A DNA stretch of 64,000 nucleotides from assembly GCA_037447605.1 (NCBI GenBank), contig CM074809.1:2904689-2968688 (forward strand), read 5' to 3'. This document shows, piece after piece, positions 13,115-23,743 of the stretch. Position numbers and translations under genes: made by a program. Source of the DNA: Zygnema circumcarinatum SAG 698-1b (lineage: Eukaryota > Plantae > Zygnematophyceae). Each line of letters starts with the position of its first letter. Positions within the stretch are counted from its first letter, which is position 1. The notes under the pieces are model-generated. The model was not told where the DNA came from. It saw nothing but the letters and a program-made list of their open reading frames with translations, and did not search any database.

Positions 13115-14213
13115 AAAATTGTTTTGTAAACTCACCTGTACAGCGAATGCGGTAGCTTCTTGACTACAAGAACCGGTTTTGTCCGCAGATTACAGCTTTT
13201 TTTCAATCTTTGTATATAGTTCATTCGTGTTGGATTTAATGAGTTTCGCAGCGGTACTGTTGACTCCTCTGGTGTGACTCTATACTGTCCTTAACCTAAT
13301 ATCCTACATCATCCATGGTGATGGTTTGATTTGGTATCGGACCACCTCTTCAAGAGCCATCGCTGCGTTGACTGTTCTTTTCTCTGAATCGACCTCACTT
13401 GAAGATTCGAGTAGAACTCCGACTGTTTGGCCAACCTATTGCAGTCAGTAAAAATGCTCCATAAGTTTGAGATGAAGATTGGCTGCCTCCAGTAATTTCC
13501 AGACCTTCCAAACCTCCAATTATAACCTTTATGCCTCGAACTTCCTCACCTCCCCAACCAGCAGTGACTTTGTGAGTAGTGGGTCACCACCATCGATAAA
13601 GCACCCCAACCGACCAACACGGCACAGATGGGAAAGTCACCGAAAGGAGAAAAAAAAACAGAACAACACTTTGCATACAAGAAGGCCAATGCGTTTGTAC
13701 GGTGAGGCCGCCAAAATCTCCCTGAAAATCAAAACCAGCTGCAGCCCAGGCAGCGCTGTCCCCCTACCCCCTCTCTTCTTCTGCTACTAGTTACAACTAG
13801 TAGAGCAAAAATCCCCTTCCCAGAGAATTCCTCGTGCGAAAGAGCCTACAGCCATAGATGCACCTTCGGCCATGGCTCGTCCTTGTACACCTCAATTACT
13901 AAATCACAACAAAACATCTCATAGGTTAAGTCTAACCTCCCTGCTGTGACTGGAATTTTTGGCAACAACATCACCATTTTGCACATGCACATTATGAAGC
14001 GTTCAACCCCTCTTCCTACCGCTTGCCCGGTATCTAGCACCTTCCCTACAGTAACTGCCCCTAGGGTGATCCACGTCAACCTTCTCCTCCTCTAAAATTA
14101 GATGTCTCACCTACTCTCGAAGCCGTTGGTCGCACCACATTTGGAAACACACAGTCGGTGTCAGTGCGACTTCAAGGCCCTACTGTTCCTCTGACAGGCC
14201 TTTCTTTTTCTTT

Positions 14214-16350
14214 TTAACTGCAGGACATCCCCTTCAAGAACCTACCTCCCTCTGATTCCTAACCTATGCAGCAGGCATCGAACTCCTTGCGGATCAGAGC
14301 TGACCTTGCTGGCTCCTCTTTCTCTCTCTTTACCCAGATCGTTCACCCGCAGACGGATAAGGCCTGAAGCGAGTGTCAGGGGCTCGCTGCGTCTGCCTTC
14401 CCGCACCATAGCCGGCACCATAGCCTCCGCTCCCGTTTGCACTGCCGTCCCCTGCGACACCATACGATGCCGAAGTGACTCCTGCACCAGTGTAGTCCGC
14501 TCCCCCTGCTGTCCTCCCCCAAGCACTTTGGTCATAGCCTCCACTGCCATAGATGTCATTGTACCCTGAATAGGCTCCTCCAGCTGCAGCCCCACTCCCA
14601 TATCCTGTCGAGCTTCCATAACCACTTTGCCTGGCACCTCCATAACCACCTGCTGCTGAGCCGTACCCTTCAGCGCCATATCCATAAGCTCCACTCGCCC
14701 CATAAGCAGCGCCAGCCCCTGCCCCAGCTGGACTCCCTTGCCCTCCTGCTGTGGCAGCTGCGCCAGAACCCCAGCCAGCAGCATTCCCATATTGGCTGCC
14801 TCCGCCACTTCCGGCCCCATAGCCTGATGCAGCCCCTGACCCATACCCAGCAGCCCCACTTCCCCAGGAGCTTCTGCCAGCCCCAGAACCGCCATAGGCA
14901 CTCCCTCCGCCGCCGCTTCCGTACCCTGCCGCTCCATAACCCCCCCCAGCTGCAGCTCCATATCCACTCCCATAACTAGACGCTGCAGAACCGTAGCCTG
15001 CACCGCTTCCATAGCCGCTCCCTCCGTAGCCATTGTTCATACCCCCTCCATACCCACCATTTCCACCATATCCAGCAGCTGCCCCATAACCTCCACTGCC
15101 GTATCCGCCATACCCCCGTCCACCTGAGCCCGGGAATCGCGCTTCTCCACGCCCCGCATAGCCGGGGCTGGAGCTGTAGCCGCCACTGTAGCCTCCACCA
15201 CGCCCCCCCCCAAACCCGCCACGACCCCCTCCACCACTCTGCCCTCCAGACGACGCGTCTTTTGGAACGGCCTTCTTCACCTCCACCATCTTATCGTTTA
15301 GTTCATGAAAATGCTTTAAGAGAACATTTTCCACTGCTTCCTCACTGTCAAATGTAATGAAGCCAAACCCTCTCGGCCGCTGCGTATTATGATCATACAT
15401 AACAACGACATCTGTAATAGTGCCAAATTGCTCAAAGTACTTGCGAAAGTCGTCTTCTGTCACAGACGACGCAAGACCACCCACAAAGATTTTCTTCACC
15501 CTGCCAGCTCCTCCTGCAGAAGCACCTCCTCCGCCTCCTCCGCCTGCTCCAACCCGAGAAGCATTCTGCTGTTCCTCGCGGGGGACTGCCTTCTTCGCCT
15601 CCACCTGCCACGCGTGAAAAAAGACAAAAAAAGGTACCTTTCTGCATATGAGAGGGGAGATCCTTTCTGTGTTCGGAGAAGTGACAGAAAGACAATGCTG
15701 TTCTCAGAAATAGAATCTTGTGGTAATGAGAATCATCCAAATGTGCAGAGAGCCTGCCTGTAGTTAGAGGCTTCTCCGGGAGGCATGAAATAAAGATAGT
15801 CCAGGAATTGCAGCAAAATAATGCGCATAAGACAATACGGATCTAGCCCTACAATGTGCTGAGTAAAATTTTCTAATGCATGTGAAAATGCATTCAGAAA
15901 TCTCACAGATCTATAGGAAAAAGAAACAATTCGCAGGATCTGGTCAACTGAAATCCAAGAGTCCACTCATATTCCAGTGCTCTCTTCGGAACGCCGCAAA
16001 CTCCGATCCAATATCACCTCCAAAAACCAAATGCTTTACAGCGAAGTTTTAGCGGATCTGAATTCCTTGTATGCTCCCAACCCCTCCTTCATTCCTCTCC
16101 CTCACGCTACCTTTCCTCCCATTCTCACCTGCCGGCCATCAATTGTGTGCTTTTCCTGCACAACGCGATCTGCGACAGAAGGATCCGAAAATATGACAAA
16201 TCCGAATCCTCGCGCCCTCCCTGTTGCTCGATCCTTCATAATGACTGTCTCCCGCACTTCGCCGTACACGCCAAAGTAGTCTCTCAGCTTCTCCTCAGTC
16301 GTCTCCCACGAGATCCCTCCCACAAACAGCTTCCCCTGGTCGGAATCCAT
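14214..16350 (-). CDS. RNP1: Heterogeneous nuclear ribonucleoprotein, two RRMs plus Gly/Tyr-rich tail (RNP1/RBGD-like), 498 aa
   Basis: Exons: 16350-16129, 15604-14334 and a probable terminal 14217-14214 (unspliced stop at 14332-14330). Starts MDSDQGKLFVGGISWET, has RGFGF in both RRMs and KKIFVGGL, then a long GGY-rich C-terminus. Confidence 0.93.
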
Positions 16351-16490
16351 CTCTCCCTCCCTTCCCTCTCCCCCTCTCTCGCCCCCCTCTCCTCCCTCCC
16401 ACTCCAGATCGCCGCCTCCTTGTTTCCCCGCCGTTAACGGCTGATCTCCGCGGCCCCACCGCCCCTGCTGCCCGATTGCGACCCCATGTC

Positions 16491-16545
16491 GGAGAGAGAG
16501 AGCGAGAGAGAACGAGAGAGAGAGAGAGAGGGAGGGAGAGAGGAG
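16491..16545. repeat. GA/TC microsatellite in the hnRNP 5' leader
   Basis: Interrupted (GA)n run; reads as TC on the transcribed strand just upstream of the ATG. Confidence 0.85.
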
Positions 16546-16912
16546 CAAGAGTGGGTTCAGGTCCCCCTCTGTGGGCCCCGCCTCGCCGCGAGGCGGCCGT
16601 GGTCCCGCGGGGGGGGGGGGCCGCCGCCGCACGTGTGGCGGGGAGGCGCCCCGCCGGTGTGAACGGGGGAGCGGGGCCGCCGGGGGACCTCGGGCAGCAC
16701 CCGTCGATGGGTACAGATCGACGGCGGAGGGAGGCCATTGCGCACGTATAATCTACGGTTTTTCGGAGAAGCCGGGAGAGATCGGACGGCTGGCGTCAAT
16801 CTGTGGCTGCCGAGAGCGGGACACGCCGGCGAATGGGAGGCGGGGGCAGATGCCTCGCCAATATTCGCCGAGCCGTACGGCGGGACGGGGGAAATGCGAG
16901 GGAAAGAGCTAC

Positions 16913-17033
16913 AAATGGGGTATAGCGTAGAACTAGAAGGGGGCAAATGGGGTACAATGAAGAATTAGAAGGGGCAAATTGGGTACAGCACGGAATTGAA
17001 GGGGGGAAAATGGGGTACAGTTGGGCGAATGAA
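16913..17033. repeat. Degenerate 31-32 bp minisatellite, about 4 copies
   Basis: Units start at 16913, 16945, 16976 and 17008; consensus approximately AAATGGGGTACAnnnnnGAATTAGAAGGGGGC. Confidence 0.8.
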
Positions 17034-17530
17034 ATGTCTGCGTTGACTTTGGCGGGCATTACAGTTTGGGTCCCCTCCGAGTTTCCGTTGACTCGTTTTT
17101 AGGGCCGTCGCGGGTGTACGACCGTGATGACGCAACGGCCCGAAACGTGATGACGTCATGTTCAGTTGCAGTTTGCGGCGAGAATCCTCTTCGGAGGTTT
17201 CAATGGCTTTCGGGGGTCGGACCTGGCACGCGTCGAGGGGATCCCCGGGAACTTATGAGCCAATCCAACTTTGCCACGTGTCATTCAGGGTTGTACGGCT
17301 TTCCCCCGATTGGCCGGTTACGAGGGTGCCGGCCGACGCCTGGCCCGAAAACCTTCAAATCGGCTCAAGGGGCTGTCCGGGTGCCACGTGGCGTCTCGGG
17401 CATCACGACGTCGCCGCTGACGCAAGTTGGGTTCGCCTTCAGGTTGACACTTGCCAACCGCGCGACGTGACAGACGGTTTTTGACAAAAAAAGTCGAACT
17501 GGTAGAAGCCGCTCGAAAAATGAAGGGATC

Positions 17531-17912
17531 AACCATTGGAACGATTGCAACCATTGGATTCAATGGTTGCCAGCCATTCAACCATTGGTTGGGGAGTTTG
17601 TTACTTTGTTTAGTTTTTAATCTGGAATTCATCCATGTTTATTTGCATTTGGTTAAAGCAGGTACTCCCGTTGACTATGAAACCTGAGTCCGAATCCAGG
17701 AGACGGCACACAAATTTTTTTGCTTCTTAGGTAATCGTTCCAATCATTGCAATGGTTGCCAGCCATTTGACGCCATTGGTTGCGTCCAATGATTGCGACT
17801 GCCAACCATTCCAATGTTTGCAAACCACTGGCGTCGGACGGAATGAACCCCGGATCATTTGGACGGCCAACCATTGCCATCCAATGGTTGGCAATGGTTG
17901 CCGACCCATTGG
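17531..17912. repeat. Cluster of CCATTGG/CCAATGG motifs with direct and inverted arms (possible transposon-derived subterminal repeats)
   Basis: About 10 exact CCATTG/CAATGG copies plus variants. The 18-bp direct repeat CAATGGTTGCCAGCCATT is at 17561 and 17750. Segment 17548-17572 resembles the reverse complement of about 17865-17895. Confidence 0.7.
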
Positions 17913-18289
17913 TCCGACCTGTGAAGGGCTTCAGCTCTCGAAGGCATGTATTCCATGGAGCCATGGTCAATGCGACTGCGGGGCGATTGTCGGTTGTCTG
18001 TTTTGGTTTCCGAGTATGAATTGCAAACTTGTGTTATAGTCTAGCACTGGCGCAGTTGCACTGAATTGTCCCGGACTTGCAGCACGTACGTCGAAGGTAC
18101 GGTACGGTGGACCGTGCCAAGGGCAAGTTCTAAGTTCTACAGTACTGTACTTTGTATTTACGGCCCAGAGAGGATAATTGTACTGTCAGATACCATACGG
18201 TTTGAAACCATACGGTCATAAAGGCTAGGCTATGCAGTGTAGCAAGAGCTGGAAGCGGAGATCCGCTCAAAGATTTTCTTTCGTTCCAA

Positions 18290-18402
18290 GGTCATTTGTG
18301 ACCATTTCACCCTCGGTTTACCCTCGGTTTTTTTCTTTTTTCCATGGTACCTTTGGCATCGCCATCGTGAAATCAATGCCAATTCCAGCTTGACGGCGTT
18401 GA
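18290..18402 (+). repeat. Dispersed repeat, copy A (inverted homolog at 38148-38262)
   Basis: TGGCATC-GCCATCGTGAAATCAATGCCA (18354-18381) matches the reverse complement of 38169-38199 (19/21 core plus 7/7), with weaker similarity extending on both sides. Confidence 0.7.
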
Positions 18403-19447
18403 ATCCTCTGTACACACTAGAGAGATTTCAGATTTTAGAAATGCTTGGAAATTTTAGAATTCGAAGTCAATACAAGCTTTCCTACAAAGCACATTGAAGC
18501 AGCGATATTCAAAGCACTTCCTTCAAAATTCAATATGGATCCTAACACGTGTCCAAGGGTCCATCATTCCCGTAGCATGTCCTTCGAGCCCAAAGCTCAT
18601 TAACCACTCCACTTCAAATCTCGCGTCCCTCGAAAATGGTCCAAAGACGCCGCTCCATGTAAATTCCGCATGACACTTTGGGGGAAGTTGGGAACCCCGC
18701 CGGCTCCTAGTCGGCCATGCAGCCCCATGCAATGCGCGCCGCACGCGCCCCCCAAAAACTCGGCTTCCTAGACAAATGTCGCCGCCAGTTCCAAGCCCAT
18801 CATCCATCATGCCATGCGGCCCCGAACTTTGCCCAGTCAGTGCCAGCCCACCGCCCGGGCCCGCCGCCCCGGGCCGTCGGGGACTTCGGTCCGCCAAAAA
18901 ACAATGGCCTAGCCCGGGCAGCCAGTCCCGGTCAATCGGCAAGCGGCGTCGCGCGCCACCGCGAATCACAACGCGCCTGACCGGAGCCAAAACGTTTCGT
19001 CTACTGGCCGTCTGGGGCCGCGTCTTGTCACGCATTCAAACTTTGTGCACTCGAAGCGGAGCTGGACGCGAGGATCTCGCGAACTCCAAGACCTCTCCAG
19101 CGCTGCTCGCGGAGGGCCGTCCGATCTGGGATCGGGGAAGATCGGACGGCCCCGGAGCTGCCAAATGGCAGGTGCGCTCACATTTGGCCACGTCGGCTCC
19201 AGTGCCCTCCTGTGCAGGAGCCTCGGTGGAGCTTCAGGTGCTCGGCGCCATGGCGGCAGGTCAAGCGTTTCTTGGAGCTGCCGGGGACGATAGGGGCAGG
19301 GCTGCGGGAGGTTGCGGCTGTGGGGAAGTGGCCGTGGAAGTCGAGGTGTTTTCTGCGGAGGAGTAGGAGGGAAGGAGAAGCTGAGGGGTGAAGGGCATTA
19401 AGGAGACTGTGAGCAAGCAAAGAGTAAAGATTTTTGGAGGAGCTGCT

Positions 19448-22019
19448 ATGGCGTTTTGGGAGGGATATGTCAGCGATAATACCGCAGGGATAGCTTTACC
19501 TATTGTTGTGTACTGGGTTTACTCGGGATTTTACCATGTGGTGGACAGTTTGGAGTTGAAGGTATCATCTTTCACTTTTGGATAGTTTGTGGTGCGAGCG
19601 TTTGCTGTGGTAATTGGTGGATGGCTGAGCTTGATAATATTTGAAGAAACGGCTCGTTGTGTCGGATTCGGGAACAAGGAATATGAAGTTCTGGAAGTTT
19701 TCCGCTGTTTTTTCCGGTCGGGAACAGTTGCTTAAGATACCGAGAAGGCCATTTCTTTCTGAGGAAGTTGTTCGGTTTGACATTTGCTGATATTCGAATT
19801 TGTGTGGGCATTCTACCCGTGAAGGCATTTGAATGTACTTTTTTCTGTTCAGATTGAATCATTTTGTGAACACAAGTAGGATCTCGTTCATCGCTATCAT
19901 GAAAAGGCCTGGCCTTGACGCTTCCGTTGGCTGCATGTGTGCCCTTTCGACAGGGATTGGAGTCTCGCCGGTTGCACCCAAGGCGTGACGTTGATCAGAA
20001 AAACCTCGTGACCATTAAGCAAGGTGAGTGGACGCCCTTAGGGTGTTTATACCCTCTTTTGTTTCAGACTTCTAGAGGGAAGCCATGCGTTCTACTTGTT
20101 TTATGCATTTGGGTGTCAAGTATTCGTATGGCAGTACAGTTCGCAGCAGGAGTGTTTTTTTCGTGTAAGGCAGCGTTTCCGTAGTCATTTGGCAATAGAC
20201 CTGCTGCATTTACCTTGCAAAGTTCGTGTCTTGGGGCAGTTTGCTGACGTAAAGCAGCTGCCTCGACTTACTTTAGAATGGCTTATTTTATTGGGAGGTC
20301 TGTCGTCAGAGTGTTCTAGTAAACTGTCGTTTGATTGGAGTGTTTGGAAAATGATTGTATGTTGTTTGTTTGTTGTGTGGATGCAGTTGTCATAGGTGTT
20401 CTGTTCCAGCAAGCACTGCAGGTCATCGTTGCTTCCCTCCTATTATTTCTTGACCCCAACTCTCAAGCAAGCCAGCCTCTTCCTCCAATGCTTACCTGTG
20501 CGGCACAGTTTGTGATTTCGATGTTCATCATGGATACATATCAATACTTCATGCACCGACTGTTTCATCAGAATAAGTTTCTTTACAGGTAAGGATCCCT
20601 TGTGCTTTTTCATGCTTGAAAAAAGCCTGTCAGTTTTGCTTCTGAAGTTTCAAGAGTTAAAGGATTTAGGTGACTTTCTAATGGGAAATAGGTATTTTCT
20701 CTCCTTCGTTGTGAATAAGAAAAGCAATTATGTAGTAATCACTAGCAGGGAAATTCGCTACTGATTAGCTTTCGTGTCGTTTTCTTTTTATGTAGACGTT
20801 TGTTCATTTCTAGACTAGCCTCGAGTGCTTTGTTAATTGTCCTCCTAGGATATATTAGAGGATTTTTCTGATTGACGTGTCGCGTATTCTAGTTTTGAAG
20901 GCTCTGTTACTTCTGCGGAGGCTGCAGGAAACTTCACAGCTGGCACCACCGTCTGCTTGTACCATATGCGTGCGGGGCGCTATATAACCATCCACTAGAG
21001 GGTTTGTTAATGGATACTGGAGGAGGCGCTCTTGCTTTTCTCCTTTCAGGTGGGCAAAAGCCACTTCATTGTTGCCTGTTGAAACTTTATGTATTGTTTT
21101 TGTGTAGGGTGTAAAGGTAGTTTATCGAAAAAAGCCAACGCCCTATTTTGCCTTTCCTGCCTTCTTTGGTTTTTGCGAGCTTCATTCATCCGCTTACCCT
21201 TGATTTACATCACTGTATTAAGGAAGACATGAAGTGCCTTGAATGCTTTCATAGCTACAGTTATCTATTTTAGAGAAGTAGTGAAATTGAGACCCTGGAT
21301 ATTGGTCAAAGAAGCGTGTGTTGAATTAGTAATAATATGAGTGCGGAAGGAATCCCGTTTGAGGCCGTGTGTTGTAACTGTGTGCCAGTTAATTCTTATT
21401 ATGGACGGAAGTTTTGGTGTTTGCCTGTAACCTTTCTTTTCGATATCCAAAGCCATCGCTGGTCTCTGTAAGCTTCGCAGGGCTTGACGTGGGCTCATTT
21501 GTTGCAGGTATGCATCCTCAAGTGGCAGTTTACTTTTGGTGCTTTGCAACTTTGAAGACGGTGGATGATCATTGTGGCTTGGCACTTGCCACCAACCCTT
21601 TTCAGATGCTTTTTCAGAATAACGCATGTAAGCTTTCACCCTTTCCTCCTTTGTCTGTTGTCAAGCTCTCAGGGGATGGAAAGGTCTCTTGTGAAGTTAA
21701 GAGAAGTAGAAGGGATAGTATTGTGCATCACTCTGCAGGCCGCCTAGGAAAGATTCTTCTGTGCTTTGTGCATTGAGTGAACCAGAAGTTGAAAGCGAGG
21801 ATTAAAGGCAATTGACATGAGCAGCGGAGCTGATGTGCTATGAGTGGATCTGGGGCCACAGCATATCACGACGTGCACCATCAGATGGTGGGCTTGAAGT
21901 ACAATTTCTCGCAGCCTTTTTTTCCTTTCTGGGATCACGTCTGTGGCACATACATGCCATACAAACTCCAGCAGCGAAGTGATGGCGGAGTGGAAGCCAA
22001 GCCCATGCTGCGATCATGA
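19448..22019 (+). CDS. SBH: Sphinganine C4-monooxygenase / sphingoid base hydroxylase (fatty acid hydroxylase superfamily), 261 aa
   Basis: Exons: 19448-19561, 19954-20023, 20387-20588, 20928-21049, 21508-21627, 21862-22019. Motifs DTYQYFMHR, HSWHHRLLVPYACGALYNHPLEG, KTVDDHCG, YHDVHHQ, KYNFSQPFF match plant SBH. Confidence 0.95.
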
Positions 22020-22478
22020 GGCGCGGGTTTCCGCTTGAAATGCTATGTACAGATCCGTTAGGTATCAACCTGTTTAACTTTTGCTTGAAGTGAAGCTCCG
22101 TATTCTTTGTGAGAAGGTGGTGCACCTTGTCTTGTACAAGTGACAAAATTACGCTCTATTTATTTGCTACGCACACGAAGAAACCGTGGCGTAGATCTCA
22201 AGGCTGAGAAATCCCTGAGTGAAGCCTCGAATTGATGACTTTGTGCAAATACGAAATAAAATTTGTGGTTAGTCCTTTGCTTTGTGGCCCAGGACAGACA
22301 GGCCTTCACTGAGCCTGCCCTAAGGCTTCCGACTGGAAGGGGAGGTGCTGCTTTCCAGGTGGTCGAGACACTGACTCGAATAAAAGCATGGCCTCCATAT
22401 TTTTCCTCCATATATTGTCCACTGCCAGAACTTAGACAGATGAGCCCCATAGGAGCATCTCGCTCTTGCCTGCGGGAA

Positions 22479-22777
22479 CGATGCGAAGTGGGCTCCTCTT
22501 TCTCTCTCCCTCTTTCCCCCTCTTTTCCTTCTCTTTCGCTCTCTCCCTCTCTCTCAAGAGTCATATGGCACATTGGCACGACGAATCTGAGACTTGGAAG
22601 GGTACTTTTCTGTCACCGTGGACCCGATGCGAAGTGGGCTCCTCTCTCTCTCCCTCTTTCCCTCTCTCTGTCTTTTCCTTCTCTTTCGCTCTCTCTCTCT
22701 CTATCTAGAGTCATATGGCACATTGGCACGTTGGACGAATCTGAGACTTGGAAGGGTACTTTTCTGTCACCGTGGAC
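22479..22777. repeat. Tandem duplication of a ~146-153 bp unit containing a TC-rich core
   Basis: Copies at 22479-22624 and 22625-22777. Both begin CGATGCGAAGTGGGCTCCTCT and end GAATCTGAGACTTGGAAGGGTACTTTTCTGTCACCGTGGAC. Confidence 0.93.
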
Positions 22778-23743
22778 ATTCTAAAACGGTCCTTGGCCCG
22801 GTTCCATTCACAATGGCGTGCCTGTACAAGTGCCGGCTGTAAGTTCGAGTAATGGGATGTGATAACTGTAGAGTTGTCATATTAGGTGGTTATTAATCGG
22901 AGCATCCTTATTACTGATTTGAAATCATACATTGTACCGTTTATACAAAGGAAGAGCGCAAGTTTGGATCTTCTTTTTTACAGAATTTTTTATAATATTG
23001 GAACGCCCGTACCCCCGTACTCCAGAGAAACCATATGAACGTGAACAGCTTTGTGCACCTTCTCAGTGACATGCATGGATGTGCCATTTTCAATGCTTCA
23101 GAGTATTAAGGGACCGTTTCCATGTAAGCAAAACTAAAACTTTTTTGACGTCGTGTATGCTAGCAGTTCCGGCACTCACGGTTCCCAGATTTTAATTGAA
23201 AGACTAATTGAAAGACTTGACGTCGTGATCATGTCCAACACGGGGTAAACCTGTCTGTAAATGTAAAAGATTGAACTACTACTATGTGGCGGCCACTAGA
23301 GTAAGTAATCCGGAACAATATAAGCAGATGGTATCTTTTGCGAGCGTATTGGCGCGCTTTTATTGGAGACGTCCCCTAATTTTTTTTAGACGAGGCCTCT
23401 GTTCCTACAGCTCTGTAGCCGTCCCCCTTCCGGCCTCTCCGCCTGCTTCAAACTGGAGCCGCACATGCGGATGCCTCCCAAAACCTTTGCATTTTTTAAA
23501 GACCTGAATTGGGCTGGGTCCCAATGTCAGAACGAAACTGGAAAAGAAACTCCATACTTTCGGACATGAAAACGGATCCTAAGCAGGGCCGATGCTGAAA
23601 GAAAAGGCAATATATACAACTGGCCCAAACGACCCACACGTGAAAGTGATCTCAGTGGGACTCAGCTTTCTATACGACGGTGCCTCAAGCCGCCTCTCTC
23701 CCTTGTGGGAGAACGAGCTCTCTCCCCACCCACCCCGGGCCCT

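Noticed and set aside
18523-19420. GC-rich ORFs of 170-196 aa on both strands upstream of SBH
   Set aside because: Promoter/leader composition with Arg/Gly/Pro/Ala-biased translations and no family motif or splice support.
22479-22777. Possible CRISPR-like repeat
   Set aside because: Only two long units, no unique spacers, and a eukaryotic context.
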